A DNA stretch of 64,000 bases from Candidatus Latescibacterota bacterium (GCA_965197905.1 CBDAOB010000004.1:1312001-1376000); one strand, 5' to 3'. Shown: positions 1-9,070, counted from the first letter of the stretch. Program-made: numbers and translations. The notes: generated by a model not told the origin, from the letters alone.

Positions 1-1508
1 ACCACCGCCGTCACCCACCAGGGCTGCTCCCGCAGCGAAAAGATGCGCAGGTGATGGACCATCGCCGGCCACGCCGGCATGCGGATCGTGCCGAAGAAGG
101 CCCGGCTGGCAAAGAGCTTGAAGGCGATCAGGCTGCGCGGTGACAGGTGGATCGAACCCACCAGATCAAAGATGAAGGTCTCGCCCTTCATGTGCGAATA
201 GTTGGGGAGGAGATAGGCAAAGCCGGTGGCCGCCATGAGCTTGGCCGTGACGAAATAGACCAGCGTCATCAGCAGGAACGCGCCTGTGGCCAGGGGCAGG
301 CTCATCCCCAGGCCCACGCCCCAGTAGATCACATAGGCCGCCGACAGCACCAGACCGGCCAGGGCAAAGCGATAGTGGACGACCTGGCGGCGCTCCCCTT
401 CCCCGCTGCGCACCTGGTGCCACACCTGCCGCAAATGCCTGCGCGCCAGCCAGATCGACCACAGGGCCAGAAAGATCAGGGCCCCGTAGCTCTCCATGTC
501 GAGGATCTCCGACCCTACGATCGGCTGGCCACCCATTCCCACCGAAAACCCCACCCGAATTAGGGCCCAGTCCTTGACTACGGCCAGCCAGTAAAAGACG
601 ATCAGGCTGCCCAGAATGTCCAGCGGGCACAGGTAGGCCACGGCAAACACCATGGGCATCAGCCGCACATATATATTGTCGGAAAGGAGGCCGCGCATGG
701 GGATCACATGAGGCCGAAAGAAGAGATCCAGCGGCGGCAGGCCCGGGGTGAAATAGGTGACTATTCTGTAGATTAGAGGCAGCAAAACCACCCCCACGCC
801 AAGCCAGAACAGACCCGAGCGGAAGATCTCGGGCAGGCGCCGCGGCCCATCGAAGCCCCGCGTCAGGTCCAGCGGCAGCTGCGCCAGGGGAAAGGTGAGC
901 TTCTCGACCTCCACCCACTGGCGCTGGAACAATACGAACAGACAGAAGCCAAAGACCACCAGGCCCATCGACACTCCCAGCCACTGGCCGATCGTTCCCA
1001 GCCAGGCCAGCCATGGCACGGGCGCGCCCTCTTCGGCGCCGAACCAGAATCTGCCGATCGCCTGGGGCGAGGCCGGAACGAACACATGCCAGGGCAGCAA
1101 ATCGAAGAAGGTCTCGGCCCACTGGTTTTCGGGCGTGGCAAAGTAGGACGGCGCCGACACAATCGTGACCCAGTCGTTGATCCAGCCACTGCCGGGCATG
1201 GTGCCCACGATCCAGGTCATGGAGAAGATGGTCAGCAATTCACCCCGGCGCAGGGCCCTTTGCGGGAAGAGCCGTTTGAGACCGGTATTGACAAAGAGCC
1301 ACAGCACAAAGGGCGCGAAACCCGCTATGGTAAAATTGGCCCTGGCACTGATATCCATCCAGTAGAACGTGGCAACAATGGTCAGGACCCCCAGGACCAG
1401 CGCCCGCAGCGTGATGAAAGGCGGCGCTTCGCCAGCCTCTTCTCCGGGGAGAGGGATCTGGCGTCTCCCGGGCGGAGGATCCCGGACTTCTGCTGCTGTG
1501 ATCTGCAT
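1..1508 (-). CDS. Multi-pass membrane protein, DUF6785/DUF6784-like (peptide-transporter-like); 3' end runs off window
   Basis: Hand translation from ATG at 1508: MQITAAE...ITLRALVLG...GELLTIFSM...YFATPENQW...RQWVEVEKLTFPLAQLP with many hydrophobic helices; absent from the ORF track because no stop falls in the window. Confidence 0.7.
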   Translation of the reverse strand, partial: MQITAAEVRDPPPGRRQIPLPGEEAGEAPPFITLRALVLGVLTIVATFYWMDISARANFTIAGFAPFVLWLFVNTGLKRLFPQRALRRGELLTIFSMTWIVGTMPGSGWINDWVTIVSAPSYFATPENQWAETFFDLLPWHVFVPASPQAIGRFWFGAEEGAPVPWLAWLGTIGQWLGVSMGLVVFGFCLFVLFQRQWVEVEKLTFPLAQLPLDLTRGFDGPRRLPEIFRSGLFWLGVGVVLLPLIYRIVTYFTPGLPPLDLFFRPHVIPMRGLLSDNIYVRLMPMVFAVAYLCPLDILGSLIVFYWLAVVKDWALIRVGFSVGMGGQPIVGSEILDMESYGALIFLALWSIWLARRHLRQVWHQVRSGEGERRQVVHYRFALAGLVLSAAYVIYWGVGLGMSLPLATGAFLLMTLVYFVTAKLMAATGFAYLLPNYSHMKGETFIFDLVGSIHLSPRSLIAFKLFASRAFFGTIRMPAWPAMVHHLRIFSLREQPWWVTAV

Positions 1509-1543
1509 CGAGGGAGAACTGTTGTCTATAAGAGGTAGGCCTG

Positions 1544-1591
1544 GCGTATAGGAAAGATAAACGGCTTGCGTATAGGAAAGGTGAACGGTTT
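1544..1591. repeat. 24-bp tandem duplication upstream of the membrane-protein gene
   Basis: GCGTATAGGAAAGATAAACGGCTT followed by GCGTATAGGAAAGGTGAACGGTTT. Confidence 0.8.
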
Positions 1592-1781
1592 TATCGTTGG
1601 TCTGGTCAATGGGCTGAAGCCTTCGGGGTGAGCCCGTAGGGCCGTGGGGACGGTGCGGATGGGCTGCGGCGAGTCGCGTGTCTTGGGGAAAGTGCGGTCT
1701 GATCGGTTGTCGGGGCGTGGTGCGAGCGGGAGTCGGCGCGCAAGGTGGCGCTCAACGGCCTCTTCCCCTGCACCATGCCAC

Positions 1782-1877
1782 AACAGAAAAGGAACTCCCC
1801 TCAACTCTTGCTCTACTGAAAGGAGGTGATTCCGAAAAAGCAGAGCAGCGGAGCCGAAGTGAAGCTCCTTTTCTGTT
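1782..1877 (-). ncRNA. Long 3'-UTR hairpin with anti-Shine-Dalgarno loop (possible terminator/sRNA)
   Basis: Perfect 12-bp IR AACAGAAAAGGA/TCCTTTTCTGTT extended by G-U pairs on the minus strand, inner stem UGCUCUGCU/AGUAGAGCA, loop UUUUCGGAAUCACCUCCUUUC. Confidence 0.55.
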
Positions 1878-1884
1878 ATCGGGC

Positions 1885-3771
1885 CTATTTGAGCAGGGTC
1901 ATCGAGTGCGTGGCCATGAAGTCGCCGGCCTGCATCCGATAGAAGTACACCCCGCTCGAGACCAGCTCGCCGCTCTGATCGCGCGCATCCCACGTGGTCT
2001 TGTAGGCGCCCGCGCTCAGGGACTCGTCCGCCAGGCTGGCGATCAGCTGACCAGCGGTGTTGTACACGCCGATCCTAACGTGTTCGTCAACCGGCAGGGA
2101 GAACTCAATGGTGGTCTCCGGGTTGAACGGGTTGGGATAGGCCTCGCCCAGCGAGTAGCTGTCGGGGGTGCCGGCACTCTCGACTTCTTCAGCTACAGTC
2201 GTCACGTCGACGCCCAGGCTGCGGGACTCTACATCCAAGGGGATGTACATCAACGCGCTCGGACCCGCTTTCCCTTCTTCGGGCCTACCAAATTCCCTGA
2301 TTTTCATATTATAATGCCCGCTGGTGTACGCGCCGTCGTACGGCCCATCCTCGTTGAGGATGGTGAGATACCAGCCGAGAATGGGTGTGAAGGGACCGAG
2401 GGTGGGCGACATAATGACGTCCATAAGGCCAGCGCCGTCGCGCCCATACCCGCTAAAGCGCGCGCCCCGCTCGTTGTTGTAAGAACCCATGAAGAGCATT
2501 TCCCCGTGGGCTTGCGTCTGCATGTTGGTGGAAGTGGACCCGCCGCGTGGCATACCGAGCGCGGCCGCTGTCTGGTCGGAGATCTTGTCCCCCCTGTAAT
2601 CGCCATTGCGATTCACCCACAGGAGATCGCCCTGGTGATTCAGGCGCACGATTTCGGGAGCGCCAAAGGAAGAGGCCCAGACCCCGTGGGCATTGACCGC
2701 GATATTCCCCGGCCCCGCGGCATTGGTTACCTCGTTGCCCTCCTCATCGACGCTGGTGCTGACGTAGATGTCGGTCAGGTCGAACTCGCGGGTGATCTCA
2801 CCCGAATTCTTGTCCCACGACTGGATCGAGGGGAACGGCACCTCACCCTTGCTATCGTGCGCCGCGTACATGATGCCCAGAGGCGCCCAGGGTCGGACCA
2901 ACCTTATTGCGTCCTCCCTATTGGGGGCAAAACCGTTTTCGCCAAACGAGGTGTCCCGGTCCCACGACTTGGCCGAACGATTGATGATCATCTTGTAGAT
3001 CCCGCCGAACTCGCCGGACTGATTGGTCGTCCAGAAGATCTCGGTGCTCTCGTCGTCAAGGGTCAGGCCGCCCCTGGTCCGCACCCCTGCGAAACCGTAC
3101 ACGTGGTTGTAGTTCCACCGCTCCCAGGCATTCGGGTTGGCAATGTAGTCCGTGCCCATGGTGCCGTGGATAACATCACCGGCCGTGTACGCCGCCGTAC
3201 TCGATGCGGCCCACTCGCGGTCGTATTCCTGCATCCAGATGTCGGCCGGGTCGAAGCGCGTGTCGATGAGATTGTAGGAATAACCCGACTGGGCGCCGGG
3301 TCCAGCCAGGACCGATAGGTCGCGGTTGTTGACCGCGACCAGGTCGAATTCGTACTGACCGGGGCCTGCGGCATTGCCCTCCCAGTCCTTTCCGTCCCAG
3401 GTGATGGTGTTACGACCCGCGTTACAGGTCTTCCCTGGTGTGAGGGCCACGAATTTGTCCTGCGGTTCCAGTCGCAGCCAGGCGCCAACAGGCCCGGTCA
3501 CTCCGGTCTCGGTGTTGCCCTTCTCGTATATGGCCACCCAGGCCGTGGCGCGCTGGTTGAGGGTGAAGGGGATGCCCACCGAGCCGCTACCGTCCCAGGC
3601 CACGTCCTGGACGGTGATTGCCATGGGATTGAACACCCCGGAAACCTCGGGCTGGGCAAAGATGCCATCCCACTCGCCCAGGGAAGGAAAGGTCTGTTCT
3701 TCGGCCCACACGGCGCCCGTGGCCAGGACGGCCAGGGCCAATCCGATCAAGCTTAAGCGAAGATTTCTCAT
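1885..3771 (-). CDS. Secreted protein with FlgD Ig-like modules (C-terminal YPNPFNP, T9SS-CTD-like)
   Basis: RBS AAGGAG before MRNLRL; signal peptide ending AVWA; C-terminal AYPNPFNPETTIEF...WDARDQSG..VSSGVYFYRM...MTLLK; similar WDGKD..G module near the N-terminus. Confidence 0.8.
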   Translation of the reverse strand: MRNLRLSLIGLALAVLATGAVWAEEQTFPSLGEWDGIFAQPEVSGVFNPMAITVQDVAWDGSGSVGIPFTLNQRATAWVAIYEKGNTETGVTGPVGAWLRLEPQDKFVALTPGKTCNAGRNTITWDGKDWEGNAAGPGQYEFDLVAVNNRDLSVLAGPGAQSGYSYNLIDTRFDPADIWMQEYDREWAASSTAAYTAGDVIHGTMGTDYIANPNAWERWNYNHVYGFAGVRTRGGLTLDDESTEIFWTTNQSGEFGGIYKMIINRSAKSWDRDTSFGENGFAPNREDAIRLVRPWAPLGIMYAAHDSKGEVPFPSIQSWDKNSGEITREFDLTDIYVSTSVDEEGNEVTNAAGPGNIAVNAHGVWASSFGAPEIVRLNHQGDLLWVNRNGDYRGDKISDQTAAALGMPRGGSTSTNMQTQAHGEMLFMGSYNNERGARFSGYGRDGAGLMDVIMSPTLGPFTPILGWYLTILNEDGPYDGAYTSGHYNMKIREFGRPEEGKAGPSALMYIPLDVESRSLGVDVTTVAEEVESAGTPDSYSLGEAYPNPFNPETTIEFSLPVDEHVRIGVYNTAGQLIASLADESLSAGAYKTTWDARDQSGELVSSGVYFYRMQAGDFMATHSMTLLK

Positions 3772-3846
3772 GGTTCTCCTTATCTCCTTGAAAGCGCCGG
3801 TCAAGCCGGCAGAGTGTGTGAATGCAAGTTTCATACGTTGAAGGTG

Positions 3847-3944
<98 letters not shown>

Positions 3945-4014
3945 AATAAAATTCCACAGAGATTCGTTTTAATCTAAGCTCTTTAGAAACAGGGACTTTA
4001 TGCACGTTATTTGA

Positions 4015-4086
4015 TTTTCGAAGACCGCGCGCTCAACTTACATATACCCGATTAAAAGAGGTAAGCATTATGCTTACCTTTGTCAA
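4015..4086 (-). promoter_or_regulatory. rRNA operon promoter and boxA-like antiterminator
   Basis: TTGACA (4081-4086), 17-bp spacer, weak -10 TACCTC; GGTCTTCGAAAA boxA-like at 4015-4026; AT-rich leader preceding the 16S start. Confidence 0.6.
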
Positions 4087-4360
4087 CGCGAATACTCGTC
4101 CACAAGGCTAGGCAGAGGGGTGAATGGGTCTAACCTCCTGACAAAGGGATGACTTCTGGTGCGCCAGAATCGGGAGGAAGTCTAAGCTCTACTAGATTGG
4201 TGGGTTCTGCGGCGTTGTTCGGAGAAACGTCGTTCTCATGAGATATAGGGGTCTAGTTTCGAGTATTAACCACCCGAGCCAATACCATCTTATTGTCTCT
4301 ACGAATTACCCTAAAAAGTCGATATGCCCTCTATCTCCTGTGATGACCATAACTGTAATC

Positions 4361-4561
4361 ATGTATATTGCCATGAACCGTTTCAGGATCGCCCTCGGCA
4401 GCGAGGTGATCTTCGAAGATCTCTGGCGCCAGCGCGAATCTTATCTCGACGAAACACCTGGCTTTCGCGAGTTCCACCTCTTGCGCGGCTCCACCCACGA
4501 AGACCACACCCTCTATGCATCCCATTCGGTCTGGGATTCGGCCGCTGCTTTTGAGCGGTGA
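4361..4561 (+). pseudogene. Antibiotic biosynthesis monooxygenase (ABM/IsdG-like), C-terminally truncated
   Basis: MYIAMNRFRI..G.E..FE..W..RESYL...PGF..FHLLRG......YASHSVW; ends at 66 aa before the usual W..S..F..AH segment. Confidence 0.75.
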
Positions 4562-4591
4562 TTGCGTCAGGTTGCATTTGCGCTTCTTCGT

Positions 4592-6079
4592 TCAGGTCAC
4601 GCGAAAGGAAAACAGCCTGGCGTCCCTCATGTAGAATCTCAGGCGCACCGGTTGCGACTGAGCCCCCAGCTTCTGCCCGCTTTTCCATCCCACCTTGTGA
4701 TCCAGACCATCCGCCGTGATGGTTGAGCAATCGGCTCGCGAAAAGCCCGCAATCGGTTCACCGTATATCGTCAAAACCTCGACCTCCAACGCGCCCCTTG
4801 CAGCATTCGCATTTATCCGCAGCTCGTCACCACCCTCGAAACGGAACGGATTTGTCGTCAGGGAACCTTCTTCTTCCTGGGCGCTGATCGAGGCGAACCC
4901 GTCCAGCCGCAGCGTGGCCATTCCGAGGGCGTCGCCGATCAGCGTCTGGCCGTTTCGTTCCGTGCCCAGCAGGTCGTTAACGCCGGCGTGAGGTATGTTC
5001 GAGCCACGATAATAGAGCCAGATCTCCTCCTCCTGGACCACGGCATCGTCCAGATAGATTCGCTTCTCGTCCCAGGTGTTGGGGTTGCCCACCATAAAAA
5101 GATGGCGGTTGCCGACGCGAAGCCATTCTCTGCCGTCGCGGCTGAAGGTGAGCTGCACATCGAGGGTGTAGTTGAACCCCTCCATGATCCGTTCGTCGCC
5201 AGTGAACTCGTGGTAGACGTTGAGAAAGCCGATATAACACCCTTCGTAGGGCAGCACCCGCATGTAATAGAATTCGGTGCCATCGCCATCCCGTTCGTCT
5301 GGAGAGATCACTTCCTCGATATCCGTCCAGTTCAGAAAATCGATGCTTTCGCTGCGGCCGATACGCCGGGTGGGAAACGCCGACAAATCGTAGGGCACGC
5401 CCTTCTTGGGCCAGTGGCGCATGACGTGCCGGCCGTTGGGACGCACGTACATCACGTAGCGACCGATCTTTTCGTCCCAGAACGCCCACTGGGAGCCGTC
5501 TCCGGTCGGTGAAAGCACCGGATTGGCTTCGTTGGCGGTCCAGGTCAGTCCGTCGGGCGAGAATGCCACCCCAATGCCACGCTGCGTCCGATCTCCTACA
5601 TAGTAGATCATCTTGTAGCGCCGTTGATCGTCCTCATCGTGATTGTCCTTGAGCACCGTCTTGTCATAGTTAAATCCGTCGGGGAGCCGCACCAGATTGT
5701 TGTCGGTTGATCCCTTGTAATCCACCAAGCCCAGCTTTGGACGCTCGAAGTGGATGCCGTCCTCGGATACCGCGTAACACATGTCCGCTGGGGTCTGGGG
5801 CGCTACGGCGTACCAGAGTTTGTAGATCTTCTCCCCTCGGTCGTACACCAGATCGCAGTAGTGGAATCGCTCTCCCTCCCACGGTTCTTCCATGACGAAT
5901 ACGGGGTTGTCTTTCCGTTTCTCCGGCCGGTGTATAAAGCGCGAGAGGTTGTCCATGATGGCGATGTGGTAGTCGTCCACAAAGAGCTGGCGTTCGCGGC
6001 CGACAGTGCGGATCGGGGGCAATCGGTCAAGTGGGCTGTCGCTGGTGAGGGTGACCCCTCTGGCTGCGTCCGTGGCCAT
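4592..6079 (-). CDS. Five-bladed beta-propeller glycosidase-like protein (GH32/43/130-like superfamily), paralog A
   Basis: RBS GGAGGA; RQLFVDD, YAVSEDG..FERPKLGL, RRYKM, SRDG..W.R, LRLDGFAS, LFSF motifs. Confidence 0.7.
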   Translation of the reverse strand: MATDAARGVTLTSDSPLDRLPPIRTVGRERQLFVDDYHIAIMDNLSRFIHRPEKRKDNPVFVMEEPWEGERFHYCDLVYDRGEKIYKLWYAVAPQTPADMCYAVSEDGIHFERPKLGLVDYKGSTDNNLVRLPDGFNYDKTVLKDNHDEDDQRRYKMIYYVGDRTQRGIGVAFSPDGLTWTANEANPVLSPTGDGSQWAFWDEKIGRYVMYVRPNGRHVMRHWPKKGVPYDLSAFPTRRIGRSESIDFLNWTDIEEVISPDERDGDGTEFYYMRVLPYEGCYIGFLNVYHEFTGDERIMEGFNYTLDVQLTFSRDGREWLRVGNRHLFMVGNPNTWDEKRIYLDDAVVQEEEIWLYYRGSNIPHAGVNDLLGTERNGQTLIGDALGMATLRLDGFASISAQEEEGSLTTNPFRFEGGDELRINANAARGALEVEVLTIYGEPIAGFSRADCSTITADGLDHKVGWKSGQKLGAQSQPVRLRFYMRDARLFSFRVT

Positions 6080-6099
6080 GGTCCTCCGTTCGTGTTTTA

Positions 6100-6438
6100 C
6101 GGGTATTCCCCATATCAAAATCAGTTGGGGTTTGGATTGAACTCGACTCTGTTTGATAATAAGGAATGGCCGTCCACTTTGCTCCACGGACAAATTTCTG
6201 CATCAAGAACGGCCTTGTTCTTCCGAATTATCACGATCTCCATGTTCACATTCACCGATTAGAGACAGGTATCCATTGCTTTACTTTAAAAAGTGAAGTT
6301 CTAAACAGAAGAACAACGTAAACGCTTGATTCGGGCCAAGATCTCGGCAAATAACGTCTGGTCTATCGCCACCGCGGCCATCTGAAACGTGGTATACCTA
6401 TTGTGCCTGACCACCTTCGCGCCGATCTTGATCAGCCT
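6100..6438 (-). mobile_element. IS1380-family remnant: transposase C-terminus plus putative terminal IR
   Basis: RLIKIGAKVVRHNRYTTFQMAAVAIDQTLFAEILARIKRL (6301-6438) resembles IS1380 transposase C-termini; CGGGTATTCCCCATATC at 6100-6116 resembles their ends. Confidence 0.7.
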
Positions 6439-6576
6439 TGCCGGGGAGGAGCAGTACGCCTTCGCGGCGATTCTGACGACCAATTTGTCTAGCCAAACAG
6501 TGAGCGTCGGTACCGCGCCGACGCTGCGCGGCTGCCAACTCGGCAAGGTTTCTCTACCCAACAGAATAGGAGCTAC

Positions 6577-7557
6577 ATGCAAGACCGCTTTCGTGATCGG
6601 GACACATTGCAGCTCTATTTCGACGATATCGCCGATTCCAAACCGCTCTCTCGCGAGCGCGAAGTGGAACTTTCGGCCCGCATTCAGGACGGCGACATGC
6701 AGGCTCGAGAGGAATTGGTGCACGCCAATCTTCGCTTCGTGATTGACATTGCTAAAAACTATCAGAATCGCGGTTTGCCAATGGAGGATCTAATCAGTGC
6801 GGGAAATGTCGGGCTGATGACCGCCGCTGATAGATTTGACGGCACCAGGGGGTTCAAATTCATCTCGTATGCCGTGTGGTGGATAAGGCAGTCCATTCTG
6901 CAGACGATTGCCGAACAGGCCCGCACCGTGCGGTTGCCGATGAATAAGGTGAGCCTGCTCAAGGACATTTCGCAAACCTCTCGGCGTCTGGGGCAGGGGC
7001 GCGAAGCGGAACCCGGCATCGAGGAGATCGCCGCGGAGTTAGAGGCGTCCGCGGAGGAGGTGCTCGAAACCATGCTCAGTGCTCGCGCCGTTAGCTCGCT
7101 GGACGAATCCTTCGACGAGGATGACGAACGCAATCTGTTGAACACATTGGCGGACACCACGCAGGTTAATCCGGATGCGGACGTCCTGTATGAATCGGCC
7201 AAAGACCAGTTGGAGAGCGTACTCGACAGTTTGGATCAGCGCGAGTTGCGGATAATCAGACTCTACTACGGTTTGGATGGCGACGAGGCCTTAACCCTGG
7301 AACAGATCGGCGACCTCATGGGCGTGACCCGCGAGCGCGTGCGACAGATCAAGGAACGGGCGCTCAGTCGTCTGCGCCTTCCGTCCCGCCATCGGGTCTT
7401 GCGTGCCCTTGCCGAAGATCTAACCGATGAGGTCGGCGTAGCCCCGGAGCGGGGGAGCGCTTACCCATCTCTCCGCTCCTCCAAAACGCCGAGGTCAATA
7501 CCGCAGTGCCGTTTCCTTCTAACGTACATGTCGCCCGCGAAGGTTCAGAGTAGGTAG
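6577..7557 (+). CDS. RNA polymerase sigma-70 factor, RpoD/SigA family lacking region 1.1
   Basis: ANLRFV..IAK.YQNRG, DLISAGNVGL, GFKFISYAVWWIRQSI, TLEQIG..MGVTRERVRQI. Confidence 0.93.
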   Translation: MQDRFRDRDTLQLYFDDIADSKPLSREREVELSARIQDGDMQAREELVHANLRFVIDIAKNYQNRGLPMEDLISAGNVGLMTAADRFDGTRGFKFISYAVWWIRQSILQTIAEQARTVRLPMNKVSLLKDISQTSRRLGQGREAEPGIEEIAAELEASAEEVLETMLSARAVSSLDESFDEDDERNLLNTLADTTQVNPDADVLYESAKDQLESVLDSLDQRELRIIRLYYGLDGDEALTLEQIGDLMGVTRERVRQIKERALSRLRLPSRHRVLRALAEDLTDEVGVAPERGSAYPSLRSSKTPRSIPQCRFLLTYMSPAKVQSR

Positions 7558-7845
7558 CGTCATTTCGGGATGACTCTGGACAAAAGGAACCCGCCGTCTT
7601 CAAACGGCATAGAGCGGACGGAGTCTGAAGCCGCTGCCTTACAGGACTAACTGCGCTTGACCCGGGAAGAGGTCGGGGCATCGGATCAGTTGGCGGTGGG
7701 CCAATGAACCGTCTACTAGTCTGAGAATCTGGGTCTGGGCCAACGTGGATGGTTAGCGAAAAGCAGAGGTGACCTATCCACCCACATTAATCTGCTGCTC
7801 AGCAATATTGATCTGCACGTTCACGCACATCAGCTTGGGCAGCTG

Positions 7846-8193
7846 TTAACCAGCATTGACCGCTTCGTCCGAGCCACGTAAAAACTCCGCCTCAATCCTT
7901 CTATGCTCCAACCAATCCATGTAGTCCTTGGCCGCGGGTGGGACATCCGGCGTCGCATACTCGACATTGGTGGCATCGACTCTTTGCTCAACCTGGCGCG
8001 GGAATAGATCACGGAATATTTGGAAGAAGGCCTTCGGATCTTCGTCTCTAAGCCGATCAAGCGCCTCCTGCCCTCCATTCTCGAAGGACGTGATAAAAGC
8101 ATCCTTCAGGCTGGTAAACCTGTTTTTCGCGCCTTGGGGCCGTCCTCCTTGGCCTTTTAGGAAGCGCCCCTTCTGATCCCGTTGTGAGGTCAT
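7846..8193 (-). CDS. Phage terminase small subunit-like protein (DUF5681-type N-terminus)
   Basis: RDQKGRFLKGQGGRPQGAKN N-terminal motif and L..LR.EDP.AF segment. Confidence 0.55.
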   Translation of the reverse strand: MTSQRDQKGRFLKGQGGRPQGAKNRFTSLKDAFITSFENGGQEALDRLRDEDPKAFFQIFRDLFPRQVEQRVDATNVEYATPDVPPAAKDYMDWLEHRRIEAEFLRGSDEAVNAG

Positions 8194-8429
8194 CTTCGTA
8201 CCCATACTGAGCGATCAGGGCTACCGATGACAGGTGTTGTGGGGCGGCGTCCTTCAGGATCTGGAGGAGCACCTTCTTGGGCGTAATTCGGACCAAATCT
8301 CTCAACTCACTCATAGCCCCTGCCTTACACATTGTCGCCTCGAATGACAGCCAGGATGCGCGCTTTGTCCGGTGCCGATAAGCGATCCCATGCTTCCACG
8401 ACCTCGGCCAGATCTTCGGGTGGATTCTC

Positions 8430-8448
8430 GTACATACATGGTACATAC
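8430..8448. repeat. Putative integrase arm-type sites, left pair
   Basis: GTACATAC repeated at 11-bp period (8430, 8441). Confidence 0.5.
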
Positions 8449-8600
8449 TTTTGCCGCTCAGTTGTGTCTGGCTTGTGTTCGGGATTTGCACGGATTTGTT
8501 TTTTGGGACCTTGAGCCGGATTCGCTATCTTCTTTTTCTGTAATGGTTTTGCAGAGTTCTGCCCGGCTTCTATAGAAGAAGTGTTAGATCCCACAGTACC

Positions 8601-8635
8601 TTCGGAACGGGGTTCAATTCCCGCCGCCTCCACCA
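8601..8635 (+). other. tmRNA 3'-end fragment (att core)
   Basis: TTCGGAACGGGGTTCAATTCCCGCCGCCTCCACCA; T-loop plus acceptor 3' strand and CCA; no matching 5' end found upstream. Confidence 0.75.
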
Positions 8636-8705
8636 ATTCAGAGGATACGCAATCCTTTCCACGCGAAGGGGTTGCGTATTCGTGTTCTGCCCCGACGGCG
8701 ATTCG

Positions 8706-8726
8706 GTGCACGCTGGGTGCACACTG
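8706..8726. repeat. Putative integrase arm-type sites, right pair
   Basis: GTGCACGCTG and GTGCACACTG at 11-bp period (8706, 8717). Confidence 0.5.
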
Positions 8727-8990
8727 AAGGTCATCTGTCGTCTGAATCTTAGACGCAACCCGCTCGACGGCATCAGCCAATCGGTCCTCGCGAGTGCGCC
8801 CGTAGACATTGAGGGTCATTTCCGGTGTCGCATGCCGCGCCAAGGTTTGGGCTTCTTTCACGCTGACGCCCGCCTCCAGGACGAAATTGATGTAGGCTAG
8901 CCGGCAAGCGTGGAAGTCAATCTTCCCTCCCGGTCCATGTTTGTCTATTCCTGCGGCTCGCAGATCCACATCTAGGTCCCCGGCGGCGTG

Positions 8991-9070
8991 GCCGTTTCTG
9001 TATTTTTCTGCTTTTCTTCGGCGATACCCGCAAATTGAATGCCGGCAATGGTCACTCGTCCACTTCTCAT
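8991..9070 (-). pseudogene. Carbon-nitrogen hydrolase N-terminal fragment
   Basis: RBS AAGGAG; MRSGRVTIAGIQFAGIAEEKQKNTETA, then breaks into integrase sequence. Confidence 0.5.

Larger units (their letters stand above)
8325..8990 (-). mobile_element. Tyrosine integrase, C-terminal part (N-terminus missing), frame continuing through the att core
   Basis: DFHACRLAYI (HxxR), QTLARHATPEMTLNVY (H...Y); frame stays open to stop at 8325. Confidence 0.85.

Noticed and set aside
1611..1635. REP-like hairpin GGGCTGAAGCC...AGCCC
   Set aside because: Single imperfect copy; no second instance noticed.
1815..1835. True 16S rRNA 3' end
   Set aside because: Only the tail matches; helix 44/45 sequence (GTAACAAGG...GGCTGGATCACC) is absent.
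1678..3318. 546-aa plus-strand ORF
   Set aside because: Antisense shadow of the FlgD-Ig gene in GC-rich DNA; the same applies to 40493..41389, 46590..47561, 61481..62632, 62266..63264 and 63310..63990.
4559..4591. TGA recoding in the ABM gene
   Set aside because: Downstream sequence does not continue the ABM pattern; truncation is simpler.
8250..8635. Complete tmRNA or tRNA gene
   Set aside because: No 5' acceptor strand at the expected distance and the T-stem is mismatched.
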